Source: Octopus sinensis
Taxonomy: Eukaryota
Direction of reading: 5' to 3'
Length of the DNA stretch: 64,000 nucleotides
Assembly: GCF_006345805.1 (NCBI RefSeq)
Contig: NC_043003.1
Span: 51,956,001 to 52,020,000 of the forward strand
Shown: in pieces, positions 1 to 12,793 of the stretch
How positions within the stretch are numbered: position 1 is the stretch's first letter
How the letters are laid out: each line of letters opens with the position of its first letter
The notes under the pieces: model-generated
Databases searched by the model: none
What the model saw: the letters and a program-made list of their open reading frames with translations, nothing else
What the model was told of the DNA's origin: nothing
Made by a program: the position numbers and the translations under genes

Positions 1-1
1 T

Positions 2-344
2 TCGGTGCTTCTACAACGGCGCTTAAGGTGGTTCGGTCATGCAGCATGGCGTACAGAGGATGAGCGGATTCGCGATGTCCTCCTCCCCCTCCACTTCCCA
101 ACTGGCGCAAACGCACAGGCGGGCAGCTGAAGACCTGGGCAACGACGATAAAGGAGGACGTCTCCGAACTCTCAGGTCCGCAGGTGGTCGGTCTGCGCAG
201 ATGTAACCGCGAATGGCTCGTTATCTCCAGTGATCTAGCACAGGACCGTCGAGGGTGGGCCGCCATGGTTCGGGATGCCGTCAGGACCAGAGAAGAAGCC
301 GGCTCAACCCGCCCTGGGTGAACGCCGTCACAAGTACAAGTAAG
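2..344 (+). mobile_element. RTE-clade LINE, 3' end (ORF2 C-terminus plus short tandem tail)
   Basis: Manual translation SVLLQRRLRWFGHAAW...(frameshift)...NWRKRTGGQLKTW...LAQDRRGWAAMVRDAV...STRPG* (stop 319-321), then CAAGTACAAGTAAG tail at 331-344; typical RTE C-terminal motifs. Confidence 0.85.
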
Positions 345-957
345 CAGGTCAGGCAACGCCGATTTGATTGAAGGAGTGAGCTAATGTACCGTACATACAC
401 TTGAAGAGTATTTTAAAAAATCATTTGTGTCGGTTGTCCAGCAAAAAATTGCAGAACTTTCTTTTTTGGGTCTATGAGAGATTACCATCATGTATGCAGT
501 AGCTATTATCGACAGAAAAAGGCTTTGTAACGGATATTCATTGGCACATCCAACTTGATTTGGATGTGTTGTTTTAAACGCCGTATGCTGCTGTAATTGT
601 CAGGTAAAATTATCCCGTATAAATGTTGAGCGTTAAAAAGCGCAGATTATATCGAGATTTGGCGAGCACTGGCGAATGCGATTGCTGTATCACGTGATTT
701 CAGCGTAATTTACGCTTCCTCAGCAATAGCTAACACAGCAGTTTGGTGAAGCTTTATATCTAGCGTTGCATCGAAGTCATTATCAATTAACATATTTAAA
801 TAGATATCACGCTCTACAGTTGTAGGGAGTCTTTTTTCAGTTTAATGTTTATTAGTATGTTAATAAAAAAAAAAGAGCCGCTCATTTTTAGCTATATTTA
901 CTACATATATACTTATATGAATAATCGGATGAATGTATGTATGAATGCATGTGTGTA

Positions 958-1833
958 CGCGAAGGTACCCAAAAGAAACGGGAAACGTTTTCTGTGTAAC
1001 AAACCCGTTGTAGTTCAGGCTTCCAGCATGAGAAGCCACTTGATGCGACCCTCAGGCATCAGTATGCCGACCGGCGTCGTCGAGTGGAGTCGTATTGTCA
1101 AGAGATGCGTCTTTGTTTTGCAGTTCTCCCCTGTTTGTCGATTTTTGCGATGGCTGAAACAAAGGAACAGCAGAAGAAACAACGTACTTTCGTGAAATTC
1201 TGTTTTCTGCTAGGGAAAACGACGGCCGAAACAGTTGCCATGCTTCAAACAGTTTCCACACTTTAGAAATAATCTCTTGTTACTTGAAGACCAGCCTTGT
1301 TCAGGACGACCATCGACCTTCCGAACAAAGGAAAACATTATGAAAATTCATGAACTGATCTTTGACGACCATCACAGAACAACTGACGAACTTGTTGATA
1401 TGACTGGTGTGTCCTGGAGCTCCTGCAAAGGAATTTTGAGCAAGAATTTCCGAATGAAAAGAGCTGCAGCAAAATTTGTGCCTCATTGCTCACGGAAGAT
1501 CAAAAGCAGTCACGACACAATGCATCTCGTGAACTGAAAGAACAGTTGGAAATTGATTCGGAGCTTTTTTCGAGGGTCATTGCTTGTGGCGAAAGCTGGT
1601 GCTACGGAATTTGCAGATGTGGAAAAGGTGTAAAGAAAAAGAAAAAAATCCGGAGGCGTTAAAAGGCATCACTTTGCAAGAGTTCCAGCACTGCTTCGAA
1701 TAGTGAAAATGCGTCTGGACCGAGGTATTGCTTCAAATGAAGAATATTTTGAAGGCGATAAAAGTGTAAATAGGAAAAATTAAGGGAATAAAATTATATT
1801 GCAAAATCCCGGTTTCTTGTGGGTAACCCCTCG
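958..1833 (+). mobile_element. Internally deleted mariner transposon (non-autonomous)
   Basis: Imperfect TIRs (CGCGAAGGTACCCAAAAGAAACGGGA / TCCCGGTTTCTTGTGGGTAACCCCTCG) flanked by TA at 956-957 and 1834-1835; transposase pieces QRTFVKFCFLLGKTTAETVAML, SGRPST, AAKFVPH, SRVIACGESWCYG, then a jump to FADV...LQEFQHCF...EEYFEGDK. Confidence 0.9.
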
Positions 1834-2264
1834 TATATCTATATGTACACACACTCACGCGCACGCACTTTGGCTAAGACCGGGTAGTCTAATACAATGC
1901 AGGGTTGTTTAAAACCTCCACATATTCTGTAGATAGGTCTTTTATATGTCTGGGGTCTGTTTCTGGTTAGAACATTTTGAGCTGTTGCTGCAACACAACA
2001 CATTTCACTGTGCGTGTCAGACACTGGCGGAAGCAATTTTCTTTCCTTATCTACTTCTGCTTTATTCGGTCTCTTTAGGCCTTGTAGAAGCTTTTTGTAG
2101 CCAACGTCTTGGTATATTTTACAATCATATTTTCATTTTTCCCCCCTTTTATTTCAATAGTTCTCTTCCTTCTCTTTGCATTAACCTAGTTTTATATGTT
2201 CTTCTCTTTCCTTTTTTAATTTAGAGGAAATTTTGATCGGCCACCTACTTGGTAGCAAGGTTGT

Positions 2265-2470
2265 ATATGTATGTATGCATGTACGTACGTACGTATGTAT
2301 GTATGTGTGTATGTATGTATGTATGTATGTATGTATGTATGTATGTATGTATGTATGTACGTACGTACGTATGTATGTATGTGTGTATGTATGTATGTAT
2401 GTATGTATGTATGTATGTATGTATGTATGTATGTATATGTATGCATGCATGTATTTATGTATCTATGTAT
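2265..2470. repeat. (TATG)n microsatellite
   Basis: Direct reading. Confidence 0.95.
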
Positions 2471-2699
2471 GCGCGTGTGGGTATGCATCTGAATGTGTGT
2501 TTGTATACTATCAGATGTCAGTTGTGTCAGCCATATATATATATATACATACATACATACATACACTTATCTAAGCATACACACACACACACATATGTGT
2601 GCATATGTCTATATATATATATATATTGAGGAAGATTGTGGTGGAGCCGAGGGCAAGTTGACTAGTTGTATGTATTTTGTGTGTGTGAGACCGCACACA

Positions 2700-2765
2700 C
2701 GTTTATCCATTGAACTGTTCCAAACACACGTGCACGTGTGTTTGGAACAGCTCACTGGATAGACG
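2700..2765. repeat. 66-bp near-perfect palindrome with a perfect 36-bp core
   Basis: CTGTTCCAAACACACGTG|CACGTGTGTTTGGAACAG at 2715-2750; flanks pair with 3 mismatches. Confidence 0.9.
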
Positions 2766-3139
2766 TTAGGTCTGTCTCTGTCGGGTACAGACGGCGCCAT
2801 AAACACGAAGCTTTCAGTCAATTATTTGCTGCGAACAAACGGCAGCCAGGTTTTGCTGTAAAAGGCTCCGGGGGAAGTTGGTGTTGGCGGTGGTTAGCTT
2901 GGGTGGCCGGATATGGGATAAGGCATTGTTGTTGGTGCTATTTAGCCTAAGGTCATTCATGATCAAGCTGACCTATGTTCAAAAGCATTCCAGCCATCAT
3001 CACCCCCATTATTTTATCAGGTATAAGTTTAGCTAGGACTATAGAATCCTGTATCTCCTTCAATATTTAAGGTGGCGGATTATAATGTCTAGATTTGACT
3101 GTTATTTCTAAGAGATTGAGCGGCCTCATGAATGTACTA

Positions 3140-3265
3140 TCGCAGCAGTAATAGTAGCAGTAGTAGTTGTAGTAGCAGTAGCAATAGTAGTAGTAGTAGT
3201 AGTAGAGTAGTAGTAGTAGTAGCAGCAGCAGCAGCAGCAGTAGTAGTAGCAGCAACAGCAGCGGC

Positions 3266-3322
<57 letters not shown>

Positions 3323-3330
3323 TGTTGTTG
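3140..3330. repeat. (TAG)n/(CAG)n trinucleotide array
   Basis: Direct reading. Confidence 0.95.
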
Positions 3331-3539
3331 TGTTGTTTTTGTTGTCGTAGTTCTTGGTGGTGGCGGTGGTAATCGTGTAAGTACCTCGCATTTGTTGGAC
3401 AGGTAGATCAACCGTGTCAAGCTCACCGGTGCCAGAGGGCCTGCGAACACCAGAGTCGCAGCGTTTTCTTTTAGACCTCCCACGACGACAACAACGACGA
3501 CGACCACCACCACCACCACCACCATCACAATAACAACAA

Positions 3540-3710
3540 CAATAGTTTCAAATTTTGGCACAAGGCTAGCAATTTAGGGCAAGGGTATAAGTCGATTATA
3601 TTGACATCTCCCTCCCCTCCAGTGTTCCGCTGGTACTTATTTTGTCGACCCCGAGAGAGTAAAAGGCGAAGTCGAGCTCGCAGAATTTGAAATGAAAACG
3701 TAAAGCCAGT
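3540..3710 (-). mobile_element. SINE family A, degenerate copy
   Basis: GGTACTTATTTTGTCGACCCCGAGAG...AGTCGAGCTCGCAGAATTTGAA matches the other family-A copies. Confidence 0.7.
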
Positions 3711-4269
3711 TTGTTCGTTGTGATATCGATTCTGTCACAGTCTTCCTTTTGCTGCATCTTTGTTGACTTATAATGATGCTGTTGTATGTAGTATCTATCA
3801 TATTGGTGGTGATGGTGGTAGTGGTGGCGGCGGTGGCGGCGGCGGTGCCGGCGACGATAATGATGATGATGATGATGTTTAACCGCAAGTCTTTCCTGAT
3901 AGACTTATGGCCGTCTCGACTGCCTAGTGTGCCATTCATTATTTAAGACGACAAAACGTGAATTGTGGGAGATTTAGTTGTTATTTCTAGCACGGTGAGT
4001 GGCTACGTTGAGGCTTCTTCGTTGGCTCATGATATGTGTTACGTTGATGCCAGTGAATGCAACATTATTGCTGCTGCTGTTGTTGTTGGTGTCGTCGCTT
4101 ATCTCTTGGTCAGCTCTCATAGAGCCGAAGTATGATAAAAAAATATTCCATCCGGGTACTGTGGGCCATGCAACACTATGTTTGGTGATGGTGCTGATGA
4201 TGAAGTACCATATCTGATGACATATAAGACGCACGTTTTTATTTATAAAAACAAAAAAGTTAGAAATTC

Positions 4270-4475
4270 GTCCTGAGTCCTATATGCGAAGTTGGGGTTG
4301 AAATTTCATGCTTTACGCATTAAAATCAATACATTCAGTTGGCAAAAGTAAGTTGTACCTGTATTTCAAAGGGTCAACCTTGTTAGATTCTGTTTCACGT
4401 TAAATCTCCCTAAGAGCTACGTTAAAAGTACGCGTGTCTATGGAGTGCTCAGCCACTTGCACGTTAATTTCGCGT
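4270..4475 (+). mobile_element. SINE family C, degenerate copy
   Basis: Shares CAGTTGGCAAAA...GTACCTGTATTTCAAAGGG...GGAGTGCTCAGCCACTTGCACGTTAATTTC with 43235-43558. Confidence 0.7.
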
Positions 4476-4734
4476 CCTGAATATGCGCTGCTGAAATTAG
4501 AGTGCATCTAATATTCCCGTGTGCCTTTTATGCTATCAAATACGGTAGGTCTTATAGTGTTGGCGTTCATACTTTTTGCACTGCCCCTGTGTCAACTTTG
4601 ATCGAACAGGCCCATAGCACGCTGATTGTTGGTACTGTACACAGATCTAGAATCTCAGTAATACCATGACTTTCGCCCAACTGAGGATCACACCAGAAGC
4701 GTAGTTAGGTAGATACGATGGGAAAGGTCCACCC

Positions 4735-4870
4735 CAGGCGTTCCTCCCCGTGCAGTCCACCCCGGCCAATCCTCCCCGGGTGGTTCTCCCCGAGCGGTCC
4801 TCTCTGGGCAGTCCTCTCCGGGCGGTCCTCCCCAGATGGTCCTCTCTGAACGGTCCTCAAGCGGTCCTTT
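4735..4870. repeat. GC-rich minisatellite (~15-bp GGTCCTCTCCGGGC-like units)
   Basis: Repeated GTCCTC(T/C)C units in otherwise AT-rich DNA. Confidence 0.75.
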
Positions 4871-5046
4871 CGGATTTGCTTTATAAGCTTTATTGGTGGT
4901 GGGGACAGCAAACCGAAGGATCGCCCGAAGCAGCACACGCTCTAACTACGCCACTGGACTGTGCTACACATTCTGATATTAGACAATCTGTACCTACTTT
5001 ACTATCTCCAGTGTCTAGTACAGTGGTAGTGAATCTATAACACGTT

Positions 5047-5255
5047 GAAACGCATGGCTTAATGGTTAGGGATGCTGCACTCGTGAACGTAAGATTGTGG
5101 TTTCGATTCCTGGACTGGGCAATGCGTTGTGTTCTTAAGCAAAACACTTCATTTCATATTGCGTCAGTCCATTCAGCTGGCAAAAATGAGTAATCCTTCG
5201 ACGGACCGACGTCCTCTCTAGAGGGAAATATATACACCACAGAAACCGAGAAACA
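5047..5255 (+). mobile_element. SINE family C copy with tRNA-like head
   Basis: TGGCTTAATGGTTAGG (A-box-like), GGTTTCGATTCC (B-box-like), CAGTCCATTCAGCTGGCAAAAATGAGTA core. Confidence 0.75.
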
Positions 5256-6560
5256 TGGACTTCAGAGAAAAAGAAAATCTCAAGTTATAAAGTAAATCTC
5301 AAGTAATGTCTCGTTATAAAACCAAATACATAGACACATGTAGCGCTCCTATAACTGAATTATTACGCAAACTAATTAAAATTTAGATACATCGACGTAG
5401 CTACACCCGCACCCATTTTAGGCTACTTTCCAGTGATCTTAAATCGATTTTATATTAGCCCCAACTCACTACACGAGGTTGTTGTAGGGATAAAATGCGA
5501 TTTCATCTTCCCTCAGGACATGATTGCAAGTTAAACGGAAGCAAATGTGAATTGTGGGTAATGTGGGTAATTTGAATTCACTATAACGGAGCTAAAATGT
5601 TACACCATCACTGGGTTAGTATTTACTCCAGTAGATTCTGACGGCGGCCACATCAGAACGGGGTGGGTCGGACTCGGCCTCAGCATTAATGTTGTGCAGC
5701 AGAGCATAGCGCTAAGTGTTAATGGGGCTATAGATGTTGTTTCTATTTTCGTATGCATAGAGGAAAAGACACCGAGTCTTTTTCTTTAGATCATACACAC
5801 ATGCGCACACTCACACGCTTACCCATACACACAAACAACTTCAAGGAACATCTCTACAGAATGGTAATTGAAGTGCCACGACGGAGTAGAACCTGGCGTA
5901 ATACTGGTGTAAGAAAGAAGGTTTTGGAGATAATGGAAATAAAACCAGGGTTGAATGGCATTAGAATTCACTGGAGCATGAAATCGAAATTTAGTTTTCA
6001 AGATAACAGTTGTTACTCATTGCGAATTTCTAGTTGTCAGTGTCACGATAAGATGACGGACATCGCTGTCTGATGTGGACAATGATGACAATAATGCGTC
6101 TTATAGTAGTCTAACTAAACAGCATATAGAACAGAAAGTAATGACGCTGAAAAATTTCCCAGGGATGCTATTGACTTGCAGAACACATAGCTAAGTGCAG
6201 GTTAACATAATCTAATAACTGTTTAATCATTTGAAATGACTGCCGCTATTAGAAGAATAACTGTTAGTGTTAATGACACGAATTGTCAAAATGTCAATAC
6301 AGATTTAACTCCGAAATTTGAATCAAAAATTACATGGGGACATGAAGTGCAGAATGAATTAGTGATAACTCTCGACCTGTTTTAGTATTACTCAGATCTC
6401 ATCAGTGACGTATAATCCAACTCGTATTAGCAGATCTTAGAATAATATTGATTGTATATAGATTTGTGTGAGTGTGTGTGTGTGTGTGTGTGTGTATAAC
6501 TATTCAAAGATTTAGCTTTTTAAAATGATAACATCAGAAAATTTCCAAAGGATATCTTCA

Positions 6561-6736
6561 TAGGCGTAGGAGTGGCTGTGTGGTAAGTAGCTTGCTTACC
6601 AACCACATGGTTCCGGGTTCAGTCCCACTGCGTGGCACTTTGGACAAGTGTCTTCTACTATAGCCTCGGGTCGACCAAAGCCTTGTGAATGGATTTGGTA
6701 GACGGAAACTGAAAGAAGCCTGTCGTATATATATAT

Positions 6737-6790
<54 letters not shown>

Positions 6791-7030
6791 ATATGTATGT
6801 ATGTATGTGTGTGTATATGTTTGTGTGTCTGTATTTGTCCCCCCAACATCGCTTGACAACCGATGCTGGTGTGTTTACGTCCCCGTAACTTAGCGGTTCG
6901 ACAAAAGAAGTCAATAGAATAAGTACTAGACTTACAAAGAATACATCCTGGGGTCGATTTGCTCGACTAAAAGGCGGTGCCCCAGCATGGCCAAAGTCAA
7001 ATGACTGAAACAAGTAAATGAGTAAAAGAG
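6561..7030 (+). mobile_element. SINE family B, full length with internal (TA)/(TG) microsatellite
   Basis: tRNA-like head TAGGCGTAGGAGTGGCTGTGTGGTAAG...GGTTCAGTCCC; tail GACTGAAACAAGTAAATGAGTAAAAGAG. Confidence 0.9.
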
Positions 7031-7165
7031 TATACGAAGAATAGTTAACTTCATATCCATTAGCTTCAGACTCACTGTACGTAGCATTTCATTTCTTGAG
7101 AAGAATTTCAGTTAACGTTAATGACTTTTTTCTTCATTATAGGCAAAATTTCCATTGATTAAACG

Positions 7166-7363
7166 TAGGCGCAAGCAATGCTGTATGGTTAAGAGGTTTG
7201 CTTCCCAACCATGTGGTCTTGGGTTCAGTTCCACTACACACCACCTTTGGAAAGTCTCTTCTACTAAAGCCCCGGACTGGCCAAAGCTTTGTGAGTGCAT
7301 TTGGTAAACGGAAACTGAAAGAAAGCCGTCGCATGTGTGTGTGTGTATGTGTGCGTTCGCACG

Positions 7364-7419
<56 letters not shown>

Positions 7420-7560
7420 CGTGCGTGTGCGTGTGTGTGTGTGAATGAATGTATGCATGTATGTATGTATGCATGTCTGAGTGTCTTTTTGTTGTTTGTC
7501 TAAAACCTTCAAGGCGGTGCTCCAGCATAGCCGCACTCTAATGACGGAAACAAGTAAAAT
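7166..7560 (+). mobile_element. SINE family B with internal deletion
   Basis: Same head and tail as 6561-7030; middle segment missing. Confidence 0.85.
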
Positions 7561-7799
7561 ATATAAATGTTTAAAGATCTTCTCAGTCATTCTCAAGTAT
7601 GTTAGGGACTGGTAAATCTAAGCTTTACTGACGAAATTAAATTAGACTGAAACATGTACATATTAAAGATCAGATTCCTATCCACAGCATGGCTTTAGCT
7701 TTTGATTTTGGACTCATCTTCTTTGACTCTCATGACAGAATAATAGTCAAGTTAGCCGAATCTTCGCTCTGTGAGTGTTGTCATCTGTGAGTGTTGACT

Positions 7800-8445
7800 A
7801 CTGGAATGCATTTTTCCCTCAAAAAGCAAAATGTAAAAGCCCAAGATGTGCGCAGTGTTCTACAGTTGCTATAAGCCCCAGTAGAGCCAGCAGTTGATTG
7901 GAGTTAAAGACTTTTCTATCCAGATAGTTTAGGAATGTTTGAGACATACCAATCTGGTAAATGCACCGTGGAGAAAATCATGATATTCAAGCTGTAATAT
8001 ATATCAGAATCAGTGTAGGCATTCGCCACGTATGTCCGACCTTCCGTTGAGAGCTGCATCTAGTTTATTTCTGGTGAGACTGACCGCGCTGCACGTAATC
8101 TGGTCACTTATAGGTCTGGACTGAATTTGACCCTATGCACCTGAAATACATTGTCGATCTTAAAATCACCGATATCCAGCGTGGACATGCCTTTCAAGAT
8201 GTCGAGTTGCAGGTTTGTTCTTGTTCATGTGTGTTCTTGTTAATGTGAGTGTGTCTTACCTCTAATTCCTCCAGTATGGTAATGACCGCCTCAATTTGGT
8301 AGATGCTCCGAAGCATGGTTTTGATGTCATCTGCATATGCAAATATGACTCTCTTGTGTTCCAGTTCGAGTGAAATGCCTTCCAATGTATCTAACTTCGA
8401 TAGTAGTGACCCAGAAGCTAGAACATACCAGAGCGATAAAACGGA
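7800..8445 (-). mobile_element. Tx1/L1-type LINE reverse-transcriptase relic
   Basis: SLWYVLASGSLLSKLDTLEGI...VIFAYADD (RT YADD motif), then GVKFSPDL and QLSTEGRTYVANAY; stops and frameshifts. Confidence 0.8.
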
Positions 8446-8715
8446 GTACTTTTAATGAACCAAGCGAGTGATTTGATACGCATGCGACTAAGGATTTACA
8501 ACATAGACCCAAGCACTCAATTTCTTTCTATGTGGGACCATATAATCCATGTACTTGATCCCTGTACTTGATTGAATTCTTTTTCCTTTCCATAAGAAAT
8601 GAAACAAGAAAACTCAACCTCTGTGGGATTTGAACGTAGAACATAAAGGGACTCAACTAAATAGCGTGACGCATTTAATCCATCGCCCCAAATAATCTTT
8701 CTACTGGATCACAGA

Positions 8716-8931
8716 GCGGCGAGCTGACAGAATTGTTACCATCCCGGGCAAAATGCTTAGCAGTATTTCGTTCGTCTTTACATTCTGAGTTCAAATTCCG
8801 CTGAGGCTGACTTTTCCTTTTATCCTTTTTGGGTGGATAGAATAAGTACCATTTAAACACTGGGGTCGATGTAATCGATTTAACCCCTCTCACGGACTTG
8901 CTGGCCTTGTGCCAAAATGTGAAACCAATAT
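8716..8931 (+). mobile_element. SINE family A
   Basis: GCGGCGAGCTGACAGAA head, GAGTTCAAATTCC B-box-like, CTGGGGTCGATGTAATCGA core. Confidence 0.85.
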
Positions 8932-8959
8932 AATACTGGATCCTAACATTTAAACAATG

Positions 8960-9440
8960 ATATAGATTTGGTCGGAAGGGAAATTTATCGGACTCAGTAC
9001 TCGACTAGTACCTTACTTTGTCGACTATAGAAGGATTAAAAAGAAAATAGTTGACCGCGTCCGGATTAGAACTCAGAATGGAAAAGGATATTATTAAATG
9101 CTGCTACGCACTTAATCGGGGCGCTCGACTGATTTTACCGGGCAACATCTCTAATAATATAATTCCTTACAGAATAAGAATTACACAGGTCCACTCATAG
9201 AGTGGGGACAACAGATAAAAACGGCCGATAATAACGACTTTAATAATTGTTTCTGATCAGACTCAAGGCTAGAGCTTTTGAGGTAGAGTTTTAATAGACA
9301 TCATGGTCTTGACTCGTACTTTAATTTTATCATCGACTCTAAAAAGCATAGCTGACCTTCAGCGAGATTTGAACACGTTTTGAACTGGAACAAATACCGC
9401 AGCCCACTTTCTCTAACGATTCTGCCTAAACACTCCCTTC
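8960..9440 (-). mobile_element. Two highly degenerate SINE family A copies
   Basis: Remnant motifs GTCGACTATAGAAGGA, GAACTCAGAATG, GATTTGAAC, CTAACGATTCTGCC. Confidence 0.55.
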
Positions 9441-9702
9441 GACTTTAATAATAATAATAAAATGCTTAATCTTTAAGTTCAAAAATAATGATGTTGGTGT
9501 TGTTAATAAGCTTTAAACAGTCAGCCTACATTGATTCTCCCGGTTAAAGATATTTTTTAAATGTTTAAGAAAAGCTATCGTCTGTTTTGTTAATCAGCGG
9601 GGTGTTACGGAAAAATACCAGAGGAAAGGAAAGAAGAGCAAGGAGGATGAAATAGAGATGAATTAGAGGTGGTGGTGGTGGTGGAGTAAGCGCACACACA
9701 CA

Positions 9703-9748
<46 letters not shown>

Positions 9749-9924
9749 CAAGTATTATATGTACCTTATTACATCATTTCGTTGAGTTTTATAGAGTCGG
9801 TATCAACTAGCGAATGGGAAATCACTTTCTGATAAACATTTCTGACATTTCTATAAAAAAAAATCAATTAAAGAAAATAAAAAAATAAACGTTACTTTAG
9901 CGAGTAAATGTTGGGAAGCAATAT

Positions 9925-9937
9925 CTATCTATCTATC

Positions 9938-10006
<69 letters not shown>

Positions 10007-10031
10007 CCTGTCTGTCTGTTTATATCTCTCC

Positions 10032-10120
<89 letters not shown>
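9925..10120. repeat. Compound (TATC)n-(TA)n-(TG)n microsatellite
   Basis: Direct reading. Confidence 0.95.
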
Positions 10121-10122
<2 letters not shown>

Positions 10123-10407
10123 TGTTATATAAATTTTTACATTATGTATAAATATTAAAAAATGAAAAAGAAAAAAAGCTGGAAAAGAGAACAAAAGTTA
10201 ATTGAACGTACACAGTGAATATGTTAGACTGAAGTTTCATGAAAGCTTTAAATGGAAAAATAGGAGAGGCGTTTCGAGCATGGCTCTTCGTCGGAAAGAA
10301 GAAAAAGTCCAGAGAGAAAGAAAAGGAGGAAGGAGCAGCGTCTGAGAGGAAAAATGTGTATGTGTGTGTATGTGTATGTATATGTGTATTTGTGTGTGAG
10401 TGTGTGA

Positions 10408-10447
<40 letters not shown>

Positions 10448-10774
10448 CAGACAAACACATCCTTATAAATTAACCACAAATTTTTTGCTATTTTTTATAG
10501 ATAAATTCTATAGTTAGTGTACTAAGAAACAAACTTCCGGAATGTAAAACACAGCCTGTAATTCATGTATGTATTTTGTATATGTTCGTCTGAAAAGGGT
10601 TAAAAAGATGAATGGTAGTGGTAGGAGATAAGAACAGAGGAGAAGGCGGAGGAGGAAGAGGTGGAGGGGGAGAGAAGGGAGTAGGACAAGAGGGTAAGGA
10701 GAAGGTAGAGGAGGATTAAGAACACTACAGTTACTTTTCTATCACGCCAAAACAATACTAATTTATCATAGTTA

Positions 10775-12440
10775 CTAGCAGTATCGCCCGGCGTTGCTCG
10801 GGTTTGTTTCGACCCGCTGGAATTGTAATTTTGAAAAGTAAAAATTTTGTGAACATTTTTCTGGTCGAAATACACCGAAAAGTGGCGACACAGCAGTGAA
10901 AAAATGGTAAAAAATAGGGATTTTCATAGAAAAAAGCATCTTTTTGATGTAAATAATTTTTGGTGTTAACATGGTCCGATTTGAATTTTATGTTCTACGG
11001 AAGGAAGAGCAACCCTTCTTCTACCATACTCTCAATTTTGGTCAACTTGCGCCGCAGGGTCTCGGAGGAGATAGTGTTAGTTGAAGGTTACCATTCTAGG
11101 TGCCTGAGTAACAACCTCGCGGATTTACAGATAAATGAATTAATTACTATTTTACAGAATAAAATTAAATAATTCTTGAAAATTAATTAATATTAATATT
11201 TTTTGAACAAAGTAAATAATTTTAAAAACTTAAATAATAATTTTTTTTACACAAACGCGAACGGGGAAAAGGGGGTGGCGAATTCGATTTACATACCTAA
11301 ATTTTTTCTTTTTCATGACATTGTAGCAAAATAGTAGTGAATTATATAAATACCAGCAGTACTTTTTTTTTCTGGGGTATTTTTTTTCAACCTCGTCACA
11401 TATTTGCCCCTTTCAATTTGAACAAAGTCTTAATTAAGCAATTACGGCAGCTTAGCAATGGTTTCAATACAGGCGTGACATCTGTATCTCAATTGTTCAA
11501 AACCCTTCGAATTTTTTCGCACGTGATGATATCATAGTGAAAACTTTCAATTACGCGCGCTTAGAAGTACGCTCGCAAATTAATACTACCAAAATTTTGA
11601 AGTTCGCGCTCCGCTTGTGTGTGTGTGTGTGCGTGCTTTAGGTGTACGTAGGTATGTGTTTTTGTGTGTGTGTGTCACTGAAGCCATATATACATATATA
11701 CATACATAACCTCTCTCTCTCTCTTTTCTCTCTCAGTCACTCACTACAAAAAGTGAATAAAAAAAGTTCAGTTATTTCTGTCTTTCACTCTGTCTGTCTC
11801 TTTACACACACTAACAAAAGCACTTCACTTACACACCACACTTTCTGTGTCGCACAACCCATCAAACACACACATACACACACACACACTCACGCACGCA
11901 CACATGTACATCAATGCTTTCGGAGTGAAATGTTAAAATATTGAGTTTTCTCGAATTTTGTCTTAATTGGGGGTGAAATTGAAAGAAATATATTATGGCA
12001 TGACCGAATGGAGTACTTTGAAAAATCTTAGGTAAACTCAAATTGAAGAAATTGTGTGAGGAGTAAATCGTTATGTATTTATTTGTTTCTGTTTGCTGTG
12101 TTTTTTTATTTTTTGAGTAGTGGTTTAAATACTTTCAGTTTAGTCTTCCTCAAATCACTCTGTCGCTATTTACTTTCATTTTATTCGTTGCACACTGTGT
12201 GTGTGCGTGTGCGTGTGGTGTAAACCACATTAAGAAAAGCATTTGACATACACACCAGAATGTGAGTTTTCTGTAAATTTTGCTTAATTGGAGTTTAAAT
12301 TTTAAAAACTGGACCTGGCATGACCCGATGCATTCTACTCTTAAAAATGCTAGGTAAATTGTAATTGAAGAAATCCTATATTGTAGATTTCTATAAGTTA
12401 CAAAGGGAGGCAGATAAAATCTGCCTTTTATAATAAGAGA
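10775..12440 (-). mobile_element. Non-autonomous Helitron with both termini
   Basis: Minus strand starts TCTCTTATTATAAAAGGC (12440) and ends with hairpin CCCGAGCAACGCCGGG then CTAG (10775); sits between host A and T without TSD; internal ~300-bp duplication. Confidence 0.85.
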
Positions 12441-12494
12441 TTGATGATGATGATCATCATAATCATGATTCTCATCATGTACAATAATAATAAT

Positions 12495-12709
12495 GGTCCT
12501 TTCTGCTACAGGTACAAGGCTTAAATTCTGGGGATGGGGTCAAGTCGATTACATCGACCACAGTACGTAACAGTTATTTATTTCGTCGACCCCAAAATGG
12601 TGAAAGGCAGAGCCGACTTCGGCGGAATTTGAACATAGAACATAAGGACGGACGGAATGCCGCTAAGCATTTTTCCGGAGCGCTAACGATTCTGCCAGCT
12701 CGCTGCCTC
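12495..12709 (-). mobile_element. SINE family A
   Basis: CTAACGATTCTGCCAGCTCGCTGCC head and GTCGATTACATCGACC core. Confidence 0.85.
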
Positions 12710-12714
12710 AATAA

Positions 12715-12728
12715 TATTAATAATAATA

Positions 12729-12790
<62 letters not shown>
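12715..12790. repeat. (AAT)n microsatellite
   Basis: Direct reading. Confidence 0.95.

Positions 12791-12793
<3 letters not shown>

Noticed and set aside
7620-7665. CTGACGA...GAAAC AT GTA motif
   Set aside because: Stems I and II do not pair.
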